64,000 bases of DNA. Source: an uncultured cyanobacterium (lineage in GTDB: Bacteria; Cyanobacteriota; Cyanobacteriia; Cyanobacteriales; CAWCAG01). The position numbers and the translations under genes are program-made. Shown here in pieces: positions 10,399-20,398 of the stretch (position 1 is the first letter of the stretch; each line of letters opens with the position of its first letter). The stretch covers positions 1 to 64,000 of the forward strand of contig CAWDOD010000011.1 in assembly GCA_963803805.1 (NCBI GenBank). Reading direction: 5' to 3'. The notes below the pieces were generated by a model. It searched no databases, had not been told where the DNA came from, and was given only the letters and a program-made list of their open reading frames with translations.

Positions 10399-11169
10399 AT
10401 GACGCAACTTAAAGGAAAAACTGCTTTGATTACTGGAGCTTCTCGTGGTATTGGGCGTGCGATCGCCCTTGAGTTAGCCCAGCAAGGTATGAAACGTTTA
10501 TTATTAGTAGCCCGCGACGCGACTAAATTAGCTGAACTAGCTAGAGAAATTGAAGTTCTTGATTTAGACGTAGTAACTCTTAGCCTTGATCTAACTGAAC
10601 CTATTGCTGTCCATACAGCCTTAGCCAAAGCTTGGCGAGACTTTGGCCCTATAGATTTACTGGTAAACTGTGCCGGTATTGCCCACCAAACTCCCTTTTT
10701 GCAATCGAAACTCCCTCAATTACACGAGGAGATTTCCCTAAATCTGATGGGAACTTACACAATTACTCGCTCAGTGGCTAAACGTATGGCTGCCCGAAAA
10801 GAAGGGACAATTGTCAATGTCTCTAGCTTAATGGGTAAGGTTGCTGCACCAACCATGTCAACTTACTCAGCTACCAAATTTGCTATTTTAGGATTTACTA
10901 AAGCTTTACGGAGTGAATTAGCAACTCACCAGATCAAGGTTGTCGCTTTGCTGCCTACTTTAACGGATACGGACATGGCACGAAAACTGAAGCTGTTCCG
11001 TTGGGTAAAACCAATGACTCCTCAACGGGTAGCTAAGGCGCTTATCACTGGACTAAATAAAGACTCATCAGAGATTTTAGTTGGCTGGCAAAGTTATTTA
11101 GCTGTATGGTGTGAATTCTTTGCTCCCTGGTTGATGGAGAAGGTTTTGTTATTGGCAGCACCTCTCTAG
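10399..11169 (+). CDS. SDR oxidoreductase
   Basis: TGASRGIG, YSATK; SD GGAGG. Confidence 0.93.
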   Translation: MTQLKGKTALITGASRGIGRAIALELAQQGMKRLLLVARDATKLAELAREIEVLDLDVVTLSLDLTEPIAVHTALAKAWRDFGPIDLLVNCAGIAHQTPFLQSKLPQLHEEISLNLMGTYTITRSVAKRMAARKEGTIVNVSSLMGKVAAPTMSTYSATKFAILGFTKALRSELATHQIKVVALLPTLTDTDMARKLKLFRWVKPMTPQRVAKALITGLNKDSSEILVGWQSYLAVWCEFFAPWLMEKVLLLAAPL

Positions 11170-11231
11170 TTCTGAAGTCAGAAGCGTTTAAACTGGGTTT
11201 TATTAAGTTAGCCTAATTCTGCCCAACTTCT

Positions 11232-11266
11232 TTACCGATGGATAATTAACAATTATCCATCGGTAA
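11232..11266. terminator. Long perfect hairpin downstream of the SDR gene
   Basis: TTACCGATGGATAATT-AAC-AATTATCCATCGGTAA (16-bp arms); no U-tract. Confidence 0.5.
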
Positions 11267-11472
11267 TTATCCATTATTGAAGATTGCCTATTCTCTTAAT
11301 TTCACTAACACGCAATATTTGGGAATACAGAATAAGTTATTAGTCAATTAATTGACAAAAAGGTAGACATGAATTCATGAAATAATGTAATAGTTGAATT
11401 TTGAGAAACGTGCTATTTTTTTAATTAATAAGGGTATATCTATTTAAGAAAAAACAAAGATTTTTATGTTAA

Positions 11473-11979
11473 GTGGAACTAAATTACAGAAAAAAAGAGT
11501 TTAGCCATGCCTACGTTCAAGCGGTAGCTTCAACCGCAGGATACTCATTTCACAAAATACCTAGGGCGTTTAACCCAGAGGAGTATGAGATATTGATTTC
11601 TGGTATAACGCCACAAGAAGAACCACAACCTCCCCAGCTTAAAATTCAGGTAAGGCCTTTATCTGAGGAAACAATTAGAGGTGAATTTATTAAATATTCT
11701 CTCAAGCAAAAAACTTATAACCAATTGCGTCTAGAGAATCCTCCCATACCCCGCTTGATGGTTTTTGTGTTGGTTTCTGACAATTTAGAAGAATGGGTCT
11801 ATCAATCAGAAACAGAACTCTGCTTAAGACATCGTGCTTATTGGCTATCTCTCAAAGGAATGCCGGAAACTCAAGATACAGATAATGTTACTATCTATTT
11901 TCCCCGGCAACAGATTTTCTCAGTAGAGACTCTGAAAATGTTTATGGACGCAACAAAGGGAAACGGGGAAAGGAACTGA
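11473..11979 (+). CDS. DUF4365-family protein (restriction-endonuclease-like fold)
   Basis: KEFSHAYVQAVASTAG start, YNQLR, PRLMVFVLV, AYWLSLKG pattern. Confidence 0.75.
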   Translation: MELNYRKKEFSHAYVQAVASTAGYSFHKIPRAFNPEEYEILISGITPQEEPQPPQLKIQVRPLSEETIRGEFIKYSLKQKTYNQLRLENPPIPRLMVFVLVSDNLEEWVYQSETELCLRHRAYWLSLKGMPETQDTDNVTIYFPRQQIFSVETLKMFMDATKGNGERN

Positions 11980-12017
11980 GTAAAGAATATACTACACACT
12001 ACTCCCTACTCCCTACT

Positions 12018-13192
12018 CTAGCTCTGCCAATACTTGTAAGCCCCGTAGGCTAAAGTAACCACCCCAGTAACAATAGCTGCTTCATCAACCTCAAATTGAG
12101 GATGATGGAGGGGGTAATTGGGTTGATTTTCTTTGCCAACTCCTAAACGGAACATGATACCGGGCAGCTTATCTAAATAAACAGAAAAATCTTCTGCCCC
12201 TAATGAAGGTTCACTAATAATTTGGACGTGATCGCTACCCCAAGCCTCTCTAGCTGCTGTTTCGATAATTTGAGTAAGTATCCTATCATTTTGAACTGAG
12301 GGTACACCTCTGCGGTAGTTAAGTTTATAGCTTGCCCCGTAGGTGTGGCAAACGCTGGCGACAATATTTTCTATCCACTGGGGTAACTCTGCATGGGTAT
12401 CCTGGTGGAGCGATCGCACAGTTCCTAACATTCTTACTTGGTCAGCAATAATATTCGGCGCTCTTCCCCCTTCAATTTTACCAATAGTTAGTACCACAGG
12501 ATGCAAAGGGTTATGAGTACGACTAATAGCCTGTTGTAAGTTAGTGATTATCTGTGCCGCAATCCAAATTGCATCAACAGCTTCGTGGGGACGGGCCCAT
12601 GGCCAGATTCTCCTTGAATGTAGATTTCTAGATCGTCTGCAGCCGCAGTTAAAGCACCATAGCGAATGCCGATAGAACGAGCAGGAATAGAAGGAAAAAC
12701 ATGAACCCCAAAAATTGCCTCAACATCATCCACTGCACCATCTTGAACCATCCAGGTAGCACCCTGGGCAATTTCTTCGGCCGGTTGAAACAGAAAGCGC
12801 ATATTTCCTGGTAGGGGTTCTCCTAATTGCGACAAAACCATTGCTGTTCCCAAACCTAAAGTAGTATGCACATCATGGCCGCAAGCGTGCATGACTCCTG
12901 GTTGACGAGAAGCAAATTCTAAGTTAGTACGTTCTTGGATTGGTAAAGCATCCATGTCAGTACGAATAGCTAAAATCCTCTCTTTCTGACTATTCCCTTG
13001 CAAATCTCCAATTACGCCAGTTTTGCCGACGGATTCTCTAACACGAATACCACAGGAAGATAATACTCCGGCTACATAAGCAGCAGTTTGATATTCTTCA
13101 CCACTTAATTCTGGATGAGCATGAATATGTCGCCTAATCTCAATTAATCTTGGTGCTAATTTTTCTGTTAACTCTTTAATACGAGTAAGCAT
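12018..13192 (-). pseudogene. M20 amidohydrolase (N-acyl-amino acid amidohydrolase-like), split by a 1-nt frameshift
   Basis: HPELS, RTDMDALP, MHACGHD, QPAEE, AEDF, LHHP motifs spread over two ORFs; one extra C in the CCC run at 12596-12598 restores GHGARPHEAVDAI and a 391-aa protein. Confidence 0.85.
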
Positions 13193-13404
13193 GGCAAATT
13201 TAATGAACTTTAAGTATTTATTATCAGTTAACATTATCTTGCTTGACTCGATTGATTTTTGTACGAATCCTTGCAAAGTTAGGCCGAAAAAGCCCAAGTA
13301 CCAAATAAATGAAGAAAACTAGTTTCTTTAGTAACTTTCTAGGGCTATTCAGAAACTAGTTGCATAGACCAAAATCGCTAATTTAATTGAAGAGGAGAAA
13401 TTTT

Positions 13405-13629
13405 ATGCCCCATACCATTGTTACAGAAACCTGCGAAGGCGTTACGGATTGTGTTGATGCTTGTCCTGTAGCTTGCATTCATCCAGGACCAGGTAAAAAT
13501 GTTAAAGGTACTGATTGGTATTGGATTGATTTTGCAACTTGTATAGATTGCGGTATCTGTTTGCAAGTTTGTCCTGTTGAGGGGGCAATTATTCCAGAGG
13601 AAAAACCTCAACTTCAGAAGACTCCCTAG
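13405..13629 (+). CDS. Small bacterial-type 4Fe-4S ferredoxin (cyanobacterial Fed7-like)
   Basis: CEGVTDCVDACP and CIDCGICLQVCP clusters; SD AGGAG before ATG 13405. Confidence 0.92.
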   Translation: MPHTIVTETCEGVTDCVDACPVACIHPGPGKNVKGTDWYWIDFATCIDCGICLQVCPVEGAIIPEEKPQLQKTP

Positions 13630-13699
13630 GGGAGATGGGAAGATGGGGAGAAAACAACTAGTAGTCTGTCAAAGTTTAGGAGTATGATGAATCTCTAAC

Positions 13700-14086
13700 T
13701 TTTCTGCTAAAAATCTACTACTGCACAGATTCTGCCTCCTAGCTGCCCTAGAGGTACTTGTTCTAAGCTTTTTAGCTTCTGAAACAGTGCTTCTAATGTC
13801 GAGGCATCTACTATCCATAACCGTTGAAAATGCTCAAGGGCTTTTTTGATACTGGTCAGATTTTTTCTCTTTTTCCTTGTGTCCCAACGTTTACCTGATT
13901 ATCTATGTTGGGCTGATTTCGCTTTCTGCTGTGGTCGCTAATGCTTTTTTGGGAGTGTGCCATGAGCTTTTTGACCAGAGATTTTTTCTCGGTGATTTTG
14001 ATTTAATCCCTTACTCGTTCAGGGATAAGCCCCTTTGATAATCAGGGCTTGACCAATGCTACACTATCTTAACTTGTCACCAATGG
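13700..14086 (-). mobile_element. IS4-family transposase remnant (one end plus internally deleted fragments)
   Basis: Minus-strand fragments MAHSQKSISDHSRKRNQPNIDNQV and KRWDTRKKRKNLTSIKKALEHFQRLWIVDASTLEALFQKLKSL...RICAVVDF* resemble cyanobacterial IS4 transposases; end sequence CATTGGTGACAAGTTAAG. Confidence 0.75.
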
Positions 14087-14115
14087 CTAATGGTTAACTT
14101 AAATAAAATGATAAC

Positions 14116-14526
14116 ATGGCAAAATTTCAATATATAGTAATAGTTGGTTGTGGTCGTTTGGGTGCTTTGCTGGCCTCTCGCTTAAGTGCAAAGGGGAATA
14201 GCGTAGTTGTCATTGATCCCCAAGAAGGCTCTTTTAAGAGTCTTACCAGCGAATTTAGCGGCTTCCAAATTGTTGGTGATGCCTCAGAAGTAGAAGTATT
14301 GCAACAGGCCAAAGTCTCCCAAGCAGACTGTTTGTTAGCGGTCACAGACAAAGATAACATCAACCTAATGGTAGCTCAAGTAGCCAAGAGTGTCTTTAAC
14401 GTTTCTACAGTCTTAGCGCGGGTTTTTGATCCAGCCAGGGAAGATATTTATCAAGACTTTGGTATCGCTACCATCAGCCCTACCAAGCTATCAGCAGAAG
14501 CCTTTTTGCAAGAATTAACACAATGA
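14116..14526 (+). CDS. trkA: TrkA-N (RCK) potassium uptake regulatory subunit
   Basis: VGCGRLG Rossmann motif, GDA, TDKDNIN. Confidence 0.88.
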   Translation: MAKFQYIVIVGCGRLGALLASRLSAKGNSVVVIDPQEGSFKSLTSEFSGFQIVGDASEVEVLQQAKVSQADCLLAVTDKDNINLMVAQVAKSVFNVSTVLARVFDPAREDIYQDFGIATISPTKLSAEAFLQELTQ

Positions 14527-15182
14527 GAATTATTTTAATTGGCGGTGGAAAACTGGCTTATTTCTTAGCAAAGCGCTTTGCTAGCAAAGGTTATCACTTA
14601 ACCATCATTAATAACGATGCCACCGAAGCAACCACCCTTTCTCGGCAACTAAAAGCTACAGTAATTTTGGGGGAAGGTAGCAACCCCCAAACCCTTAAAG
14701 AAGCTGGGGCTTACCAAGCTAATGTGGTATTGTCTTTAACTTCCCAAGACCAGGATAACTTAATTGCTTGTCAAATTGCCCAGAAAAAGTATGGTGTACC
14801 TCGCACTGTTGCTTTAGTCAATGATCCAGAAAACCGTGCCATCTTTGAAAAACTGGGTATTAGCGTCGCTTTTTCTGCTACGGAAATCATTACTAGTTTA
14901 ATTGAACAGCAAACAAGTGCAGAAGAAATTACTAACCTTCTTCCTGTGGCAGAAGGCAAAGTCAATGTTACAGAAGTTGCCCTCACAGAAGACAGTCCTG
15001 GATTAGGGAAAAAGCTACAGGAATTGCAATTGCCCACAGGAACATTAATTGCTTGCATCCTCCGCCAGGGAGAAGTCATTGTACCAGGAGGTCAAACTAG
15101 CTTAGAAGTAAAAGACCGTTTAATTCTGCTCAGCCAACCAGATAACTATGGGCAGTTAATGAGAATGTTAGTTGGTTCATAA
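14523..15182 (+). CDS. trkA: TrkA (RCK-N plus TrkA-C) potassium uptake subunit
   Basis: IGGGKLA, DQDNLIAC, C-terminal TrkA-C; ATGA overlap with the previous gene. Confidence 0.9.
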   Translation: MRIILIGGGKLAYFLAKRFASKGYHLTIINNDATEATTLSRQLKATVILGEGSNPQTLKEAGAYQANVVLSLTSQDQDNLIACQIAQKKYGVPRTVALVNDPENRAIFEKLGISVAFSATEIITSLIEQQTSAEEITNLLPVAEGKVNVTEVALTEDSPGLGKKLQELQLPTGTLIACILRQGEVIVPGGQTSLEVKDRLILLSQPDNYGQLMRMLVGS

Positions 15183-15201
15183 TACCAAGGGGAGCAAAAC
15201 A

Positions 15202-16746
15202 TTGTCTACAACCATATCAAATCAAGGGCGCTACGGCAGATTTTTACGCCAAAGATATCGAGCTATCTTAGGTTACACTGGCTTAAGTTGTGCGATCGCC
15301 GGTTTAGTTACCATCGCCCCTCTCATCGCCCTATTTGCCTATCCCGAAGAAATCAACCTCGCTTGGGGGTTTTTAGTACCTGGGTTAATCACGACTATAA
15401 TTGGGGGGTTGCTATGGTGGCAACTTGTTCCGAAAAAGACTCACAGTCTCACTTTGCAAGAAGGGGCTGTCATTGTCGTCTTTTCCTGGTTGCTAGCTAT
15501 CGGCATTGGTGTTTTTCCCCTGATGACAATCCAAGGACTAACTTTTACCCAAGCAGTATTTGAATCTACTAGCGGTTGGACAACCACCGGATTATCTGTT
15601 GTGGATGTCACCCAAGCTTCTCACCTCATTTTATTATTTCGCAGTACCATAGAACTAGCTGGGGGTGCGGGTTTGGCAATTATAACCTTAAGTGCAATTA
15701 CCGGGGCTTCTGGTTCAGGATTAACCGCAGCCGAAGGACGCACCGAACAACTTGCCCCTAATGTCCGCAAGTCAGCTAAACTAGTTCTAAGTATCTACTC
15801 TGGTTACGTAGCAGTCGGAACAATTGCTTTATGGGTTGCGGGTATGGGTTGGTTTGATGCGGTTAATCATTCCTTCGCCGCCCTATCCACCGGGGGATTT
15901 TCTACTCGTACTGATTCTATTGGTTATTGGGACAGTGCGCCCGTAGAAGCAGTCACCATTGTTTTAATGATTTTTGGTACTGTCAATTTTCTCACCGGCT
16001 ATATGTTACTCCGGGGTAAATTCAAAGCAGTGCTACGCAACGGAGAAATTAAGCTGCAAGCCCTCGTTATACCTTTATCTGTCCTGATTCTTTTGCTTGG
16101 GGGAACCATGCAACTTTATCCTACCTGGCAAAAAGCTATCAGGGTAGCAATCTTTGAAACTGTCACGGCCCTTTCTACAACCGGTTTCTCCACCGTCGGT
16201 TATAGTGACTGGAATAGTCTAGGTTGGTTGATATTAATATCTTTAATGTTAATTGGAGGAGGAACAGGAGCAACGGCCGGAGGTATTAAACAATTCCGCA
16301 TCTATGCCCTTTACCGAGCCTTATTGTGGGAAGTACGCCGGATGTTATTACCCCAAAATACTGTCACAGAACCAGACTTTTGGCAAGGAGAACAACGCCG
16401 CTTCCTCAATGACAGTTTAATCCGCAATATTGCTTTATTTGTCTTTTTATACTTCCTAGTTTATTTCATTGGGGTTTTGATTACCGCTAGCTATGGCTAC
16501 TCTTTGCAAGACAGCTTATTTGAGTATGCAAGCAGCCTGAGTACAGTAGGGCTTTCTGTGGGGGTTACAGCTTCAGATGCCCCTGTTGGTTTGTTGTGGA
16601 CGCATATTGTTGGTATGTTTCTAGGGCGTTTGGAATTCTTTACTGTTTTTGTCGGAGTTGTGAGATTTTTGCAGGATTTTAAATCGGTTTGGTGGGGAGC
16701 TAGGGAAATGGGTAGCTGGGAAAGAAGAAAAAACCTTGATCCCTGA
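15202..16746 (+). CDS. trkH: TrkH-family potassium uptake membrane protein
   Basis: P-loops SGWTTTGLS, STGGFS, STTGFS, STVGLS; GRLE near C-terminus; TTG 15202 follows SD AAGGGGAG. Confidence 0.92.
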   Translation: MSTTISNQGRYGRFLRQRYRAILGYTGLSCAIAGLVTIAPLIALFAYPEEINLAWGFLVPGLITTIIGGLLWWQLVPKKTHSLTLQEGAVIVVFSWLLAIGIGVFPLMTIQGLTFTQAVFESTSGWTTTGLSVVDVTQASHLILLFRSTIELAGGAGLAIITLSAITGASGSGLTAAEGRTEQLAPNVRKSAKLVLSIYSGYVAVGTIALWVAGMGWFDAVNHSFAALSTGGFSTRTDSIGYWDSAPVEAVTIVLMIFGTVNFLTGYMLLRGKFKAVLRNGEIKLQALVIPLSVLILLLGGTMQLYPTWQKAIRVAIFETVTALSTTGFSTVGYSDWNSLGWLILISLMLIGGGTGATAGGIKQFRIYALYRALLWEVRRMLLPQNTVTEPDFWQGEQRRFLNDSLIRNIALFVFLYFLVYFIGVLITASYGYSLQDSLFEYASSLSTVGLSVGVTASDAPVGLLWTHIVGMFLGRLEFFTVFVGVVRFLQDFKSVWWGAREMGSWERRKNLDP

Positions 16747-16777
16747 CCCATTTACCCTTTAAACGGTAGTAATTTAG

Positions 16778-16818
16778 AGGTAATGATAATAGTCCACTAC
16801 TATAATTTATCATTACCT
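16778..16818. terminator. Hairpin between convergent trkH and DUF4149 genes
   Basis: AGGTAATGATAA...TTATCATTACCT 12-bp inverted repeat. Confidence 0.5.
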
Positions 16819-16857
16819 GTTTAGGACTACCAAACTACTAACTTGTAAACTTGAAAT

Positions 16858-17364
16858 CTAGATAGTGCAAGAGTCACGATAGCACCAGCGTAGCAACCAA
16901 GTACAAACTGTTAGTTTGATAGCTTCTAATGCCCAATAACCTTCGTGCATGGAAATCATCGCTGTCGGCATAGTAGGGTTGGTTTCAAACAGGTTTAACT
17001 GTAAACCTAAACCACTCATTTGAGGGGTTAAAAAGTAGGTACAAGTTAAAGTAGTTGCTAATAGTACGCTAGATAGAATAATTGACCAGCGTTGTTTATC
17101 TGAAGAAAAATAATTATGATTGCGACCGAGAACTAAAAAGCTTGTCAATACTAATGCTGCACAAACTAATTCTACGCGGTTAAAAATACCAAAAATTAAA
17201 TAGCCCGCACTAGGAAAATTGGCTTGGGTCATCATACCAGTGGCAAAGAGACTAGGTATAATGACTGTATCTAAAAGTAGACTACTGCTGAGCCAGAATC
17301 CTAAAGCAAACATAATTAAGGCAGGCCAGTTGATTTGCTTGCCACGATTAGAAACAGCGTTCAT
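16858..17364 (-). CDS. DUF4149-like cyanobacterial membrane protein
   Basis: Four hydrophobic helices; FNRVELVCAALVL and HEGYWALEAIKL; ATG 17364. Confidence 0.7.
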   Translation of the reverse strand: MNAVSNRGKQINWPALIMFALGFWLSSSLLLDTVIIPSLFATGMMTQANFPSAGYLIFGIFNRVELVCAALVLTSFLVLGRNHNYFSSDKQRWSIILSSVLLATTLTCTYFLTPQMSGLGLQLNLFETNPTMPTAMISMHEGYWALEAIKLTVCTWLLRWCYRDSCTI

Positions 17365-17666
17365 TAACGATTCCCTCAACTTTTGTTGTCTTACTTCCTA
17401 GTTTAACTAATACTAGGAGTAATAACTATCAACAAAAGTTAAGTTTATTAAGGATTATCTTACATAGTTGCAATGTTGAAGATTTGCTTAAAGATTAATG
17501 TTAACTTTTTTTAAAATTACAGGTTTTCAAGCTCCAATTTAGTCTCAATACTATTATGCTTCATAGCTTAGAAAAAGGTATGAAAGCTTGGCAGAAACTA
17601 AAAAAGCAAGATAAAGTGAACTACAGCAAGAACTTTTTAGCTTGAATTATCCCCTTAACTATAAAT

Positions 17667-20267
17667 ATGTCGCATTTTTATTTTGACGCAGAAGAGAATG
17701 GTCGCAAATCTTTTGAATTGCCTGGGGCGAAACCCCATTATAATCCTGATCGCCCTGGTCAAGTTGAACATATATTTTTAGACTTAGTATTAGATATTCC
17801 TAATCGTAGCTTTACAGGGACTTGTACTATTACCCTGGCTCCTGTGCAGGTAGGGATTACTCAATTAAGTTTGGATGCGGTCAGTTTACAGATTAATTCT
17901 GTTATGGTAGGGGGTGTTTCTCAACCTTTTAATTATGATGGAGAAAAGCTTGATATTCAACTACTTAAACCCGTTACAACTAAGACAATAGAAATCGCTA
18001 TTAGCTATGGTGTAGAACAACCCCAAAGAGGTCTTTATTTTATTGCCCCTGACGAACATTATCCCCACAAACCAACTCAGGTTTGGACTCAAGGGGAAGA
18101 TGAAGATTCTCGTTTTTGGTTCCCTTGTTTTGATTATCCCGGTCAGTTAGCTACTTCAGAAATAAAAGTTCGGGTTCCTCAGCAGTATTTAGCTATTTCT
18201 AATGGGGAACTGATTGCTACAGAAGAAGTAGGAGAAGAGAAGATTTATCATTGGTTACAAAAACAAATTCATCCTAGTTATTTAATGACTTTAGCCGTGG
18301 GAGAATTTGCTGAAATCAAGGATGAATGGAACGGGGTTCCTATTAATTATTATGTAGAAAAAGGTCGCGAAGAAGATGGCGATCGCAGTATGGGAAAAAC
18401 TCCTCGTATGGTAGAGTTTTTTAGTCAGAAATTTGGCTATACCTATGCTTATCCTAAATATGCTCAAGTTTGTGTTGATGATTTTATTTTTGGTGGTATG
18501 GAAAATACTTCCACCACTTTATTAACTGATCGTTGTTTATTAGATGCCAGGGCAGCCATTGATAACCAACGTACAGAGAGTTTAGTTGCCCATGAATTGG
18601 CACACCAATGGTTTGGAGATTTAGTAGTAATTAAACATTGGTCCCACGCTTGGATTAAAGAAGGTATGGCTTCTTTGGCTGAGGTGATGTGGACTGAACA
18701 TGAATATGGTAAAGATGAAGCGGCTTATTATCTTTTAAATGAAGCCCGCAGTTATATCAATGAAGATAGTTCCCGTTACCGTCGCCCCATTGTCACTAAT
18801 GTTTATCGGGAAGCAATTGAATTATATGATCGCCATCTTTATGAAAAAGGTGCTTGCGTTTATCATATGATTAATGGTCTTTTAGGGGAGGAGTTATTTG
18901 ACAAAGGGATTCATACTTTTGTCCAAGATAATGCTCATAAAACCGTAGAAACTATTGATTTATTACGAGCCATTGAAAAGTCTACAGGGCGTAATTTAGC
19001 CTATCTTTTTGACCAATATGTCTTTCGCGGTGGTCATCCTGAATTTAAAGTTAGTTATTCCTGGGATAGTCAAAATAAGTTAGCTCAATTAACTATTACC
19101 CAAAAGCAAGCTAAAAGTGATTCTACGGGTAGTGATAGCGAGTTGTTTGATTTAAACATTCCCATCGCTTTTGGTTATTTGGAGAAGAGAAATGGGGTAG
19201 AAAAGTTGGCCAGTGACTATGGGGAAAAGAAGATTATTCTCCACCTCAATCAAAAGCAACAAAGCTTTTATTTTCCTTTAGAGAAGAAACCTAGCTTTTT
19301 AAGCTTTGACCTTGGTAACTATTTCTTAAAAACCGTCTCTTTAGATTATCCAATTGCGGAATTAAAAGCCCAATTAAAATATGATCCTGATCCAGTTTCT
19401 CGTATTTATGCTGCCCAAGCTTTAAGTAAAAAAGGTGGCTTGGAGGTGATTAAAGCTTTTTCTAATGCTTTAAAAGAAGAAGCTTTTTGGGGGGTACGTT
19501 TAGAAGTGGCTAAACAGTTAGGGAAAATTAAACTCAATGTAGCAGCAGAAGAATTAATTAAAGCTTTACAAGACGATGATGCTAAAGTACGTAGAGCCGT
19601 AGTAGAAGCTTTAGGTAAATTCAAAATTATTGCTAGTTACAATGCAGTTAAAGAAATAGCTGAACAAGGTGATGCTAGCTATTATGTAGAAGCTAGCGCT
19701 TTAAGAGTTTTAGGAGGTATGATTGCCGGAAACCTAAAAGATAAACAAGACGAAGTTATTAAACTTTATCAACAAGTTCTGCAAGAAAAATCAGGTTGGA
19801 ATGAAGTAATTCGTTCCGGTGCTATTGGCGGTTTAAGTAAGTTAAAAACTTCTGCCCAAGCAGTAGAAATTATTACTAAATACACTGAATTAGGAGTTCC
19901 CCAAGCCCTCCGCTTAGCCGCTATCCGCGCCTTGGGTGCTATTTCTGTGGGGCAAACTCCCAACCAAGTAGAATCAATTCTAGAAACCTTAGAAGCGATC
20001 GCCGGAGAGAGTTTCTTCTTAACTCAAGTATCGGTAGTTGCTAGCTTGAAACAAATGAAAACTTCTGGGGCAATTACTATTTTGCAAGCCCTAGCCGAAC
20101 AAACTCCCGACGGCAGAGTGCGTCGCATTGCCGAAGAAGGAATCAAAAAGGTAGAAAAAAATCTCGGTTCCCAACAAGCAGTAGAAAAGTTACGAGATGA
20201 TGTAGAACAATTAAAACAAGAAAACCAAGACTTAAAAAGTCGCCTAGCTAAATTAGAAGCGAAGTAA
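17667..20267 (+). CDS. pepN: M1 aminopeptidase with C-terminal HEAT repeats
   Basis: GGMEN, HELAHQW-x-EG zinc motif, YEKG; HEAT-like repeats and coiled-coil tail. Confidence 0.93.
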   Translation: MSHFYFDAEENGRKSFELPGAKPHYNPDRPGQVEHIFLDLVLDIPNRSFTGTCTITLAPVQVGITQLSLDAVSLQINSVMVGGVSQPFNYDGEKLDIQLLKPVTTKTIEIAISYGVEQPQRGLYFIAPDEHYPHKPTQVWTQGEDEDSRFWFPCFDYPGQLATSEIKVRVPQQYLAISNGELIATEEVGEEKIYHWLQKQIHPSYLMTLAVGEFAEIKDEWNGVPINYYVEKGREEDGDRSMGKTPRMVEFFSQKFGYTYAYPKYAQVCVDDFIFGGMENTSTTLLTDRCLLDARAAIDNQRTESLVAHELAHQWFGDLVVIKHWSHAWIKEGMASLAEVMWTEHEYGKDEAAYYLLNEARSYINEDSSRYRRPIVTNVYREAIELYDRHLYEKGACVYHMINGLLGEELFDKGIHTFVQDNAHKTVETIDLLRAIEKSTGRNLAYLFDQYVFRGGHPEFKVSYSWDSQNKLAQLTITQKQAKSDSTGSDSELFDLNIPIAFGYLEKRNGVEKLASDYGEKKIILHLNQKQQSFYFPLEKKPSFLSFDLGNYFLKTVSLDYPIAELKAQLKYDPDPVSRIYAAQALSKKGGLEVIKAFSNALKEEAFWGVRLEVAKQLGKIKLNVAAEELIKALQDDDAKVRRAVVEALGKFKIIASYNAVKEIAEQGDASYYVEASALRVLGGMIAGNLKDKQDEVIKLYQQVLQEKSGWNEVIRSGAIGGLSKLKTSAQAVEIITKYTELGVPQALRLAAIRALGAISVGQTPNQVESILETLEAIAGESFFLTQVSVVASLKQMKTSGAITILQALAEQTPDGRVRRIAEEGIKKVEKNLGSQQAVEKLRDDVEQLKQENQDLKSRLAKLEAK

Positions 20268-20275
20268 AACTAATG

Positions 20276-20362
20276 GGACTTACGCAAAGCTTCTATTGGT
20301 AAGGTGCGTTACGCTAGGCTAACACACCTTTGAATCTATATATGGTGTAGCTGCGTAAGTCC
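20276..20362. mobile_element. MITE-like element containing a REP hairpin
   Basis: Perfect terminal IR GGACTTACGCA/TGCGTAAGTCC; internal GTAAGGTGCGTTA-N8-TAACACACCT hairpin. Confidence 0.7.
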
Positions 20363-20398
20363 TGACTAAAAGCTAGTTGTTAATTCGGCAAAAACTCT

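Noticed and set aside
10399-11169. HetN (heterocyst patterning SDR)
   Set aside because: No RGSGR pentapeptide; RGIGR is just the Rossmann motif
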